This document shows, piece by piece, positions 1 through 9,600 of a stretch of DNA of 64,000 nucleotides. The DNA comes from Nostoc sp. DedSLP01. GTDB lineage: Bacteria > Cyanobacteriota > Cyanobacteriia > Cyanobacteriales > Nostocaceae. The notes under the pieces are model-generated. The model was not told the origin of the DNA. It searched no databases and was given only the letters and a program-made list of their open reading frames with translations. The first letter of the stretch is position 1, and each line of letters opens with the position of its first letter. Location of the stretch: positions 320,001-384,000 of the forward strand of contig JAVRCJ020000003.1 in the NCBI GenBank assembly GCA_034530875.2, written 5' to 3'. A program made the position numbers and the translations under genes.

Positions 1-49
1 AGTTCCTGATTTTGAATTCCTGTTAACTACTCACAGATATCCTCCCTGA

Positions 50-2797
50 TTAATTACTGCGTAGCGTAGCCACTAACTGACGTGCAAATGCGGAAATCGC
101 TTCATACTTATCGCTGTGAATTTGCATCATTTGGCTGCGTGCAGTTTGTTCGTAAGGGTTGTTAGCCACTGCTGCTAATTGTTCGTAACCTGGATAGTAA
201 CGACAGAATGTGTAAACGCCGTTATCATCTAGCAGCCATTGACTATAAATGCCTTCTTTGCGTGGGAAAAAGCTTTCGGAGGCATTACGAGCAATAATTT
301 TACGGGGATATTTTAAGATATCTGCAAAACTATCTACTGCAACTGGTTGAATGCGTCCAATTAATCGGGTTGTTAAGTTTTGCAGAATTTTGGATGCGGC
401 TTTGGATTTGGCTATGGTATCAGGATCCTGTGCTGATAAGATCACTCTGATACCAGCTTTGGCGCCGTTGGCACAAATTCGACCAACTAAGTCAGAAATT
501 TGCTCGAATTCAAATAAAATCGGGGCTTCATCGATGAAGAATATGGAAGCTGGACTGCTTAAGGCACGCCTGAGTGCGGCGGAATAAGCACTTAAGGATA
601 GTACGGCTGCATCTTCACTATCTGAAAGGTTTCTCAGAGCAAAAACCAAAAGTTGGGCGTCGGTAGGAAAGCTGGATGGTGCAGAAATGGCTTGTCCAAC
701 GCGGCTAGAAAGCCAAAATCGCAAGCGCAGCTGAATTTGACTGAGGGCATCTTCTACTCTGCCACTGAGGGAGCTAAGCTGTAAATGTTCTGGAGAACAG
801 AAAAATAGAAAATCTTTTAAGGTAGGGGTTTTTTGCCAAGCTGGAGAACCAAAGCCTCCGGCCATTGCTTTGCGATATCTTTCTTGGATACCTTCATCAG
901 CAAAGAAGACTTCTAGGGCTAGGTTGAGAATCGATCGCACTGTTTGCGATAAAATTTGACTTTCCGTTGACGAGCCTAAAACCATTGTCATTAAAGCTGA
1001 TTCTAGGAAGGCGCTATAATCTACAAAGCGATCGCGTTGTTGTTCTGGATCTAGCGCTCTTAAATCTGGCTGTTCAAATAAGTTATTCGATTGTTTGGAG
1101 ATATCAAAATAAGCTCCATTCCCCTCCATAAATTGGGTGTAGTCGGTAAATGTAGACGTCCCATCAGGTTTGGGGAAATCTAGAGCCACTACGGGAATGC
1201 CATAAGCTAAAGCCTGAGTTAAAATTCCCGACACCAATACTGATTTACCAGCACGAGTTGTCGCAAATAAAGCTAAATTTTTGTGTTGGTTAAACAAATC
1301 TAAATGTACTGGCGTTCCACCTTCTTCAGCAATTAATTCAAAGCCTTGCCTGTCGCCTCTTTTGGTTAAAACTAAAGGCATTAATCCCGGAACTTCACTT
1401 GTTAAATACAGCTGACGACGATTAAAAGGTGTGGCTAATAAACCTTCCCAAACTATCGGCAGAGTTTGCAACCAAATTTTCCAGGCATACTCGGTTTCTC
1501 GAATTACCCTTGCTGGACGTTGAAAACAGTTTTCAATATATCTTGTGGCCTCATCTAATTTCTCGACAGTTGGCCGATGTACTAAAATGGCAACACTTGT
1601 ATAAATCGGCACTGCACCTTCATACAATTGTTCTTGCGCTGCTACCGATTTTTTAATCTTTAGTTGGGCGTTGACATCAATAGTTTTACTTTTTTCTTGA
1701 GCCAAAATTGTCGTCATGTTTGACTGCTTCAGCACTCGTTGTAGAGTAGTTTTCACTAATGCTGGATTTGCCGCAGTCAATTCACAAAAAATTTCTGTAT
1801 CTACTACCGTTTCTCTAGCTAATAATTCCCATAAATACCGCAGCTGAGACGATTTATTCGGCCAACCACCGGGTTTTTCTAGAAATGACAGCGTGCCAGT
1901 ATAACGATTGTTAACATGTACCCAACGGCGATCGGCACGAGGTACGCTGGACTCCATCAGCAAAGTTGTACCGTGGATATTTTCTATCAACAATTTACTA
2001 CTAGCTAAATCGGAATTAACTTCTTCGTGGAGTCCTTGTTCATCTAAAGTGATTAATTGCGGAATGTCTATTGCTTGGGTATCATTAAATCTTCTCCAGA
2101 TGTCTTCCCAGAGTTCTCTCGCGCTCAAAGCTTTGACATCCAATCCCATTTTATTAGATAAAATTTGCTCCCAGCGCGAAAAACCCTGTTTGTAAGCATT
2201 CGTAATTACAGTTTCCAAGCGCTGGTTTTCGGCTTCTGAAAGTTCACCTTTAAATTTCAACCACCATGCTTCAACTTTGACTAACATTTTCTCTATCCAA
2301 TCATCAGCATTGGTAGAGGTTGTTTCGACTGTGTAGGTGACATAAATCCGTAAAAATTTCGGCTTACGCACGCCAGCTTTAGTTAGTTCTTTGATTCTGG
2401 CTCTTTCTGCCATCAACAAATATTTAATATCTCGGGATGGCGCATTTCTAATTAATGATGCTAACTCTTTTTGTCGTTCTGTGTCTGAACTAAAAGATCC
2501 CAAATGCAGCGTCATTCTTTCACCGCTAGGAATATCTTTTAAGCCAGCTTCAATATTATTAAAAATGGTATCGATTTGTTCTGCTCTTAAAGTGGTATGA
2601 ATTCCCTTACAATCAAAACCAAAAACAAAGCAGAACCGGTCTTTTTGACCACCTTTTGTCAATAGATAAGCTCCAATATCGCGTCCATTCATAGAGACGC
2701 GCAACATTGTCGCCAGATGTAAGGCATCTTCAAATGGCGTTAATCTAGTTTCATTTCCGGCGCCGCCGACGCTTTGTTTTCCGATTTTTTGCTTCAT
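50..2797 (-). CDS. VirB4-like ATPase of a cyanobacterial type IV secretion/conjugation-like cluster
   Basis: ~915 aa; variant Walker A ATTRAGKS, Walker B IFFIDEAP, downstream ILSAQD motif; follows VirB2/VirB3-like genes. ATG at 2797 (MKQKIG) preferred over the 2857 start. Confidence 0.75.
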   Translation of the reverse strand: MKQKIGKQSVGGAGNETRLTPFEDALHLATMLRVSMNGRDIGAYLLTKGGQKDRFCFVFGFDCKGIHTTLRAEQIDTIFNNIEAGLKDIPSGERMTLHLGSFSSDTERQKELASLIRNAPSRDIKYLLMAERARIKELTKAGVRKPKFLRIYVTYTVETTSTNADDWIEKMLVKVEAWWLKFKGELSEAENQRLETVITNAYKQGFSRWEQILSNKMGLDVKALSARELWEDIWRRFNDTQAIDIPQLITLDEQGLHEEVNSDLASSKLLIENIHGTTLLMESSVPRADRRWVHVNNRYTGTLSFLEKPGGWPNKSSQLRYLWELLARETVVDTEIFCELTAANPALVKTTLQRVLKQSNMTTILAQEKSKTIDVNAQLKIKKSVAAQEQLYEGAVPIYTSVAILVHRPTVEKLDEATRYIENCFQRPARVIRETEYAWKIWLQTLPIVWEGLLATPFNRRQLYLTSEVPGLMPLVLTKRGDRQGFELIAEEGGTPVHLDLFNQHKNLALFATTRAGKSVLVSGILTQALAYGIPVVALDFPKPDGTSTFTDYTQFMEGNGAYFDISKQSNNLFEQPDLRALDPEQQRDRFVDYSAFLESALMTMVLGSSTESQILSQTVRSILNLALEVFFADEGIQERYRKAMAGGFGSPAWQKTPTLKDFLFFCSPEHLQLSSLSGRVEDALSQIQLRLRFWLSSRVGQAISAPSSFPTDAQLLVFALRNLSDSEDAAVLSLSAYSAALRRALSSPASIFFIDEAPILFEFEQISDLVGRICANGAKAGIRVILSAQDPDTIAKSKAASKILQNLTTRLIGRIQPVAVDSFADILKYPRKIIARNASESFFPRKEGIYSQWLLDDNGVYTFCRYYPGYEQLAAVANNPYEQTARSQMMQIHSDKYEAISAFARQLVATLRSN

Positions 2798-3122
2798 GGT
2801 TAACTTCCAGTAAGCTTTGATAACGAGCAAAGCCTCTTGTCCAAGCGGGAACGCCAATAAATTTACTTAAAAAACTCCAACTTCTCCCACCGGTTAATAT
2901 CCACCAGGTTGCAATTCCCCAACCGGTCATTAGTACCGTCCACAGCCATTTTTGAAATTCTTCTTGGAAAAGCCCACCAAAAATTCCATTAATAATTATG
3001 TAGGATGATAAGGCTATTACTGTCCAAGGAAGAATTTGATCTGCTGGAATTGGCCCTAATGAAGGTTGGCTTCCTAAAACTTGGTTGACTGGACGAAATT
3101 CTTGTTCCCGCTCTTCAGACAT
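2751..3122 (-). CDS. VirB3-like small membrane protein
   Basis: 123 aa, two hydrophobic helices, basic tail; overlaps the VirB4-like start as in virB3-virB4 synteny. Confidence 0.55.
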   Translation of the reverse strand: MSEEREQEFRPVNQVLGSQPSLGPIPADQILPWTVIALSSYIIINGIFGGLFQEEFQKWLWTVLMTGWGIATWWILTGGRSWSFLSKFIGVPAWTRGFARYQSLLEVNHEAKNRKTKRRRRRK

Positions 3123-3142
3123 TGGTCAAATCTTAAAATTAT

Positions 3143-3763
3143 TTACTTGCTCTCGCCAATTACAAAGCGTGTGAGTACATCAGCAATGGTAACAGCTACA
3201 ACAACTAATAGTGGGGTTCTGGCGATACTTTGCCAATCTTCATCTTTGCGGACTGCGTTGATTACACCAACTAAAGAAATTGCAATATAAAGTAAGAAAA
3301 GCGCCCGCAATATATTAAATATTAGGCTGACTGCCGTTTCGCTACCAGCACTATCACTTCCTTGTCCGCCAGCTTTCAAAGTTTGTTTGAAAAACTCTTC
3401 TGCTTTGCCAAAAAACTGCGCGTGTGCGGGAGCAGCGAACTGATCTATCCAAAAGAAACTCAAAACGATCGCTGCTATTAAAATTTGTATTATTATCAGC
3501 CATCGCCTCGGCAAATTCATTTGCTGGCCGATTTTATGCGTAATTACTGCAATTAAACTACCTACTAATAAACAAAATAGCAGGATAGGACTTTTGAGAC
3601 TGATAACGCTTACAAATACAGCGCAAGCAATCAAAAAAGGTACAGATTCAACCAAAATAACTAGACTGGATTTTAATGCCAGTCCTAACTTATGAGACCC
3701 CGTGGATGCACTACCAGTTAAAGCTTTGAAAAAGTTTCTCTGGTGAGAACTTTGTCTAAACAT
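3143..3763 (-). CDS. VirB2/TrbC pilin-like membrane protein
   Basis: Internal signal-peptidase-like site AAPAHA|Q followed by two hydrophobic helices; first gene of the cluster. Confidence 0.5.
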   Translation of the reverse strand: MFRQSSHQRNFFKALTGSASTGSHKLGLALKSSLVILVESVPFLIACAVFVSVISLKSPILLFCLLVGSLIAVITHKIGQQMNLPRRWLIIIQILIAAIVLSFFWIDQFAAPAHAQFFGKAEEFFKQTLKAGGQGSDSAGSETAVSLIFNILRALFLLYIAISLVGVINAVRKDEDWQSIARTPLLVVVAVTIADVLTRFVIGESK

Positions 3764-4238
3764 TTGCTAATTTTCCTATGGTTTACTATGGACACTGGTG
3801 GTTTTAAATTTTACAGACTAAGATAATCTTACATGATTGAAGATTTATTTTTCCTCAAATTATAAAGTTCAGCAAAGTTATACATCATAATACAAGTTTT
3901 TATTAATTTAAGTTAACAAAAGATTATTGTTCATTTAATTGAGTGTGTGTAGATAGCAGGTAACAGGCTTGAAAGTCTGTTGCTGTCGTTGTTTTACCAA
4001 CAGTTTATGTCCTAAATTATGCTGCAACTGCTATATCTTGATAAATGAGGCTGTTAGCTCTTAACCATAACTGCTACAGTTTTCCTAAAGTTTTCTATAC
4101 CAGCGATTTTGGTTTAATTATCAGTTTGAGCAATCCAGTAGTAATACTAGACAATCCTTGGTAGCATAGCGCTCTTTAATCGCGATCGCCACTAAATTCG
4201 CATCCCTTGCCCAGAAGTAGTTTTGCTCGTTAGCTTTC

Positions 4239-4252
4239 AGTACTTAAGTACT
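4239..4252. promoter_or_regulatory. Candidate cyanobacterial LexA box
   Basis: Perfect palindrome AGTACTTAAGTACT fits the RGTACNNNDGTWCB consensus. Confidence 0.4.
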
Positions 4253-5137
4253 ACATCACCTCACCTGGTACAACTTGGGGAAACACGCCGAGTAAATAGC
4301 TGCTGTATCCCATTTGCCAAGACTTTTGGGAACACTTTTAGAGATTATACTAGCACTACAATTGACAACCATGTTAATCAGTCTACCGTTAATAACAGTA
4401 AATAGGCCAACTTGTCAATATGTAATTTATATTTCCTGAGATAAAAAAACTCTCTTCAATTCCAGCAGCCTAATTCCCTATTTCTGTACAGACAAGGGGT
4501 CATTACGTCTCTATCGACTCCCTTACTACGTAGATAATTTGAAAAATTAAAGCCGATTACTATATTCAGAATATTTAAAAATTGGTTAATTTTTGATAAA
4601 ACATACTCAAACTTATCCAATTAACAAAAAATACTAAATTTAGCTTTTATAAAATACTCAAAAAGCTTATTCTGCTAATGCGTATAATTATTAATTTGTC
4701 AAGAGTAAAGTAAGGTTATCAATTTATTGCAACTTTAAAATTCCAGGTTAAAGATTAACATCATCTAGTTAACTGTTTTAATCTTTTCATAATGCAACCA
4801 TGATGAGAATTTTACCTTAACACTCTACTGTTAAGTTCGTTGGAACATTATGAACTGCTATTAATTATAGCAGCCGTAGAAAAATCGTAAAATCATTATT
4901 TTCTCTTTTTTGTGCGTCTGCTATAGCCGATGGTAGGTGCTATGAGCATAAATCAAAGAAAGTAATGTTCATATTATTTGCTCGAATTGTTTGCGGTTTT
5001 GTGCAAATTCGTAATCGAACGATAATTTTTTTAGGCCAATTTTTTCGCTAAAAAAGTTGATTATTAATTGCGAGTTTGGCAATTGTTCGTGCTTTTTTTT
5101 GGGTATTGAAACCTAAATTAACTTCAAGGAGCTTGAC

Positions 5138-6421
5138 ATGGCTTTTAATTGCGATCGCCAATCGAATCGTTTGGCAAGTTCAATCTCTGTACTTGCTATA
5201 ACAATTGGTCTAGTAGCAGCTCAATCTGCTAGCGAGAAATCTCTAGCTCAAACCTCCACCTCCATCAATGGAGCAGGTGCAAGCACTGTCAATACTTTGT
5301 TTGTAGGTACGGGAACTACAGCTCCTTTTAGCCCACAAGGTTCATGGCTGAACGTTTACGGTGTTGGAAATCCTCCATCTCTCAACAATCCTGCTGGTGC
5401 CGTAAATGGCCCGGTTAATTCTGGTGTCACATTCAAATATGCTCCTGTTGGTAGTGGCGCAGGCATCACAGCTTTTTTCACTCAAACCCCACCAGCAGGA
5501 TCGCCTACCATCCCCAGCCCAGTCTCTTTTGCAGCTACTGACGATCCTTTAACAGGAGCAAATGTAGAACGAGTAGCTACTGGCAGTCCCAATGGTGGAA
5601 AGGCCGTTCAAGTGCCTGTAGTAGGTGTTGGAATCGCCTTAGCTTTCAACGCTGGTATTAACGAACCAGCAAGCGGACTTAAGCTTTCGCGAATTACTTA
5701 CTGTGGTATTCTTAACGGCAACATCACAAATTGGAGCGATGCCAGAATTAAAGCAGATAACGGAGGAAAAGTAGTTTCAACTTTACCCATCAAAGTTGTA
5801 GTTCGTCAGGACTCGAGTGGTAGCACTTTTGTTTTAAGCAATCATCTCGATGCTATTTGTAAGCCTTCTGCAACTCCAGGTATTCCACCCGCTTATATAT
5901 GGAATAGAGGAGTGGGTACAACTGTTAAGTGGCCAACCACTTTCATCAAGGAAACCGGTGGAGGAGCTGTAGCTACTAGGATCGCAAGTACTGCCGGTAC
6001 AATTGGTTATGTAGATAGTGCTACGCGCTTAGCTAAAAACCTACCTGCCGCACTCTTACAGAACAAATCAGGTTCATACGTTGGTCCCACAACAGCCGGA
6101 ATTCAAAACGCTTTGAGTAGCGGAAAGATTGTTAAATATGGGGCTGCTCCTGCTGGCAGGCTGATTAGAATTGATAATTTGGCCGATCCAACTCGTGCAA
6201 GTGCCTATCCTATTTCCACAGTAACTTACGTGTTGTTCTATGATAAATACGCAAGCAGCACCATAGCAGCTGGTGTTAGGGGCTTCGTCAACTGGGCTTT
6301 AGGAGGTACGCCAACCTCAAATCCCACCGCAGACAATATAGCTACAGCTCGTGGTTACGCTCCTCTTCCCAGTGCTATCAAAGATGCATCAAGAACAGTT
6401 GTGAATACTTTCATTCCTTAG
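5138..6421 (+). CDS. pstS: PstS-family phosphate-binding protein (no pstCAB adjacent)
   Basis: GAGAS, GSGAG, FAATD, RQDSSGST, IGYV and YPI motifs; signal peptide ending SLA|Q; RBS AAGGAG. Confidence 0.85.
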   Translation: MAFNCDRQSNRLASSISVLAITIGLVAAQSASEKSLAQTSTSINGAGASTVNTLFVGTGTTAPFSPQGSWLNVYGVGNPPSLNNPAGAVNGPVNSGVTFKYAPVGSGAGITAFFTQTPPAGSPTIPSPVSFAATDDPLTGANVERVATGSPNGGKAVQVPVVGVGIALAFNAGINEPASGLKLSRITYCGILNGNITNWSDARIKADNGGKVVSTLPIKVVVRQDSSGSTFVLSNHLDAICKPSATPGIPPAYIWNRGVGTTVKWPTTFIKETGGGAVATRIASTAGTIGYVDSATRLAKNLPAALLQNKSGSYVGPTTAGIQNALSSGKIVKYGAAPAGRLIRIDNLADPTRASAYPISTVTYVLFYDKYASSTIAAGVRGFVNWALGGTPTSNPTADNIATARGYAPLPSAIKDASRTVVNTFIP

Positions 6422-6435
6422 GTTCCTAAATTGAC

Positions 6436-6561
6436 CTAGTAGTTTGCCAACTTAAAATTTTTGGGTAAAAGATGGGAAAAAGATAAACAAAAAGGGATTA
6501 AAAACCTTTCCTCTTTTTCCCTTACCCTTTACTCTGCCAAGTTATGTTGGCGAACCACTAG
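6436..6561. mobile_element. MITE-like element, 126 bp
   Basis: Terminal inverted repeats CTAGTAGTTTGCCAAC / GTTGGCGAACCACTAG (14/16 match). Confidence 0.55.
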
Positions 6562-7094
6562 TAAAATATCCAGGACTGGAGGAAATAAAAAGCAGTGCCA
6601 CCTTAGTTGATAAGATGATGCGATCGCCAAAAGTATTTAACCTTTAATTAAGAATTTATCTGGTAAAAAATATAACTTATTTGCTATTATATCGAATTAC
6701 CCAAAACTTGCTATTAAATACAAATCTACTATTCTTAGTAACCAAATATATATCGGTCATCATAGTTAAGAAAAGTTCAAACGTTAGCTATGTTATGATT
6801 AGGTAAGTTGAGAAATATTTTCGGTCATGTTAGTGACTATATAGACGCCTCTCCGAATCTAAATCTCTACATGCTTGGGTTCTAGAGGTATTGTGTGTCA
6901 GTAACGGGCCTGAAAAATTTACTTTCGAGCTTTCGGAAAATTAAAAATTTTTAGCTAAAAAAACTGTACTCGAATACCTCTAAGAGCTGACATATATTAC
7001 TGTCACAAATTACCATAACGGACAGTAAAGTGTGTCAAAAAATCTAGATAGCATACGGATGCTACTTTAACTTAATATCGGCAGTGAGTTTTTT

Positions 7095-7328
7095 ATGGCT
7101 ACAAGTCCTTTACGTGAAGAACCTCGCAATCAGCGAGCGCCTGTGATTCGTACAAGTAATGAATTTATTCTTTTGGAATGGTTAAAGTCAAGCGGTCGTC
7201 TTATAGAGCGCGAACATCTAGAATCTGACTATTTAGGTGAAATAGAAGAAATTGCAGAAATGATAGATCTTGACGATATTCCTTACGATCATGATGATGA
7301 CGATGTAGATCTAGATTTAGAAGCTTAG
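7095..7328 (+). CDS. DUF3134-family small cyanobacterial protein
   Basis: LREEPRNQRAPVI...LLEWLKSSGRLIER motif and acidic tail. Confidence 0.75.
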   Translation: MATSPLREEPRNQRAPVIRTSNEFILLEWLKSSGRLIEREHLESDYLGEIEEIAEMIDLDDIPYDHDDDDVDLDLEA

Positions 7329-7487
7329 TAATGATTGGGAAGTTTGTAATTTGTATAGCAGTGCTATTTCTAGCATTCACGCTTGTCATTATGTCCTAAC
7401 ATATTTGACTACGGCTATACTTACTATACCCAAAGGTTTGATTGATTTAAAATCAATCGTTTATTTTACCTAAATTAGAGATAATTC

Positions 7488-7515
7488 GTAGGGTAGCAAA
7501 ACTTTGCTACCCTAC
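7488..7515. terminator. Hairpin between convergent genes, probable bidirectional terminator
   Basis: GTAGGGTAGCAAA-AC-TTTGCTACCCTAC inverted repeat. Confidence 0.55.
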
Positions 7516-7622
7516 TTTGTGAATAAGGGTTTTTTCTTATCCCTTTCCCCTTTCCCCTTTCCCCCTTACCCTTTTCCCGACTTCTGCAAAAGGTCTATTT
7601 TAGAACTACTATCAGAAATAGC

Positions 7623-7991
7623 TTAAATTGTTGCTTTTCTTACAGTATCGGAACTTTTGTTTGCAGATAGTTCCTTCGTACCCAACAAATGATGTATCTC
7701 GTCTAAAGAATTTGGTGCAGTAGATTCTTCTGGACACTCACTCACAAATTCAATCAACTCTTCTACTTGACAATTCAAAGCTTTGCAAAACCGAATAATT
7801 ATCTCAATACGATCTGTTCCAGTTCTACCACTTTCCCAGTTTTGAATAGTGCTTTCAGTCACACCAACAAGACGCGATAACTCAAGCTGTGTTAGCCCTG
7901 CCTTTTCTCGAAGCAAAGCAATCCTTGGTTTTGGCTTTTGTTTCACAGGTACAGCACTTTTATTACGATCTATAGTGGTAAATCCTAGCAT
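7623..7991 (-). CDS. XRE-family HTH transcriptional regulator
   Basis: LREKAGLTQLELSRLVGVTESTIQNWESG is a canonical HTH_3 motif. Confidence 0.9.
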   Translation of the reverse strand: MLGFTTIDRNKSAVPVKQKPKPRIALLREKAGLTQLELSRLVGVTESTIQNWESGRTGTDRIEIIIRFCKALNCQVEELIEFVSECPEESTAPNSLDEIHHLLGTKELSANKSSDTVRKATI

Positions 7992-8261
7992 TAAAAATCT
8001 ATCATTTATAAAATTACTAAAAAATTTTAGTCTTAAGTATAGAATTCAGGATTCAGGATTCAGAATTGAGGAGTAAAATAAGGTTTACACTAGCTAGGAT
8101 TTGATACGGAAATTGCGTACTTTGTTTTCTTGAAAATTCTGTGTATTTGGTAAAAATAATTAATGTATAAATTTTATTACTATTAGTAATAGTAACTAAA
8201 TAAAAAATAAAGTCAAAACATGATTCTTCAATTCTGAATTCTGAATTCTGACTCCTGAATT

Positions 8262-9524
8262 CTATTTAAGTAATAGATAAAATAGTTGCCCATTACTAAC
8301 TGTGACACCAGCACGATCGCCTGCTATTTTACCAGTACCTAAAAAATAATCGACTCTACCTGCACCTTTAATTGCGCCTCCGGTATCTTGGTCGAGAACA
8401 TAACGGCTAATAATCCGTTCTTCCATATTTCCCGTAGAATTAACGAAGGGAATAGAAGCCCGAATTAATGCTAAAGCACCAGGAGGCATGAGAGATTTAT
8501 CTGTAGCAATAGAACGCTCTGCTGTTAGTGGTACATTAATAGAACCTTGGGCTGGTTCGCCGTGGTTTTCTTGAAAAAAAACAAAGCTGCGATCGCGAGG
8601 AATATAAATATTCAATTCTTGGGGATATCTTTGGAAATAATCGAAAATAACAGGCATAGTCATACCTTCTAAAGGTAGCTTGCCATCATCCGCTAATTCT
8701 CGCCCAATACTTTTGTAATTATAAGCAGTATTACCCGCATAACCTATGCTGGTTTGAGTGCCGTCAGTGAGTTGCAGTTTCGCCGAACCTTGAATTTGAA
8801 CTAAATATGGTTCGAGGCGATCGCGGAACCAAAATAATTCTAAACCTCGCAATTTACCTTTTGCGCCTTGTAAACCGTCTGCTCCTTCTAATTCTAAGCG
8901 TGTAGGATGAGGTTTAGGCCAAGAATTGAAATCAGGAGGTAATCGATAAACAGGATAGCGATATTCTTTTGTAGGGACGCGACTAGCGGTGTAAAGCGGT
9001 TCGTAATAGGCAGTGAATAAGACAGCACCTTTGTTATCTTTACCGATTGATTGGTAATAAACAAATTCTTTTTCTATAGCTTGATGTAACTCTGTTGGGG
9101 AATTAGTTGTTAATATGATTTCCCGGAATCTGTTCAAGCTTTTGAATACGCGATCGCGGTTAATTCCAGCCACCTGATAATTTTGGTAAGCAGCCGCAGC
9201 TGCTTGAGTTTGCAGGTATTGTAAACTGCGATCGATAGCTGTCAATAATGCCTTTTTATCTGTTATTTCTCCATCAATAACATCATCAAAACAAGAAGCA
9301 TCGCCCTGACAACAAGTAACAGGTTTCCTTTTGATTAATACTGCTTTTTGCTTTTTATCCGCTAATGACGCTGGTATATCCCACTTTTTTACCCTACATT
9401 CTGCCGGACTCAGTTCCCGACTTGCCAAGGATTGTATTCTCAACAAAGAAATTGACAACACTACAAGTACGCTGATAGCGATAAAGTTATGAAACTTTCC
9501 TAACTCAGCAAGTATCTTTTTCAT
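8262..9524 (-). CDS. mltA: Lytic murein transglycosylase A
   Basis: FTAYYEP, QIQGS, SFVFF, SIATD and DQDTGGAIKGAGRVDYFLG (3D domain); start at MKKILAE. Confidence 0.9.
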   Translation of the reverse strand: MKKILAELGKFHNFIAISVLVVLSISLLRIQSLASRELSPAECRVKKWDIPASLADKKQKAVLIKRKPVTCCQGDASCFDDVIDGEITDKKALLTAIDRSLQYLQTQAAAAAYQNYQVAGINRDRVFKSLNRFREIILTTNSPTELHQAIEKEFVYYQSIGKDNKGAVLFTAYYEPLYTASRVPTKEYRYPVYRLPPDFNSWPKPHPTRLELEGADGLQGAKGKLRGLELFWFRDRLEPYLVQIQGSAKLQLTDGTQTSIGYAGNTAYNYKSIGRELADDGKLPLEGMTMPVIFDYFQRYPQELNIYIPRDRSFVFFQENHGEPAQGSINVPLTAERSIATDKSLMPPGALALIRASIPFVNSTGNMEERIISRYVLDQDTGGAIKGAGRVDYFLGTGKIAGDRAGVTVSNGQLFYLLLK

Positions 9525-9600
9525 TAAATTTAGAGTACAAAAATTTCCCCGCTTCTCACTCCCTACCTCACCCAAAAGTTTGGGTTACTCACTAGTCTTT

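Noticed and set aside
4223..4405. 60-aa ORF in the long intergenic spacer
   Set aside because: TTG start, no RBS and no recognisable motif.
4700..4840. Pho box upstream of pstS
   Set aside because: Several (C/T)TTAA(C/T)(C/T)T-like half sites on both strands, but no clean run at 11-bp spacing in an AT-rich region.
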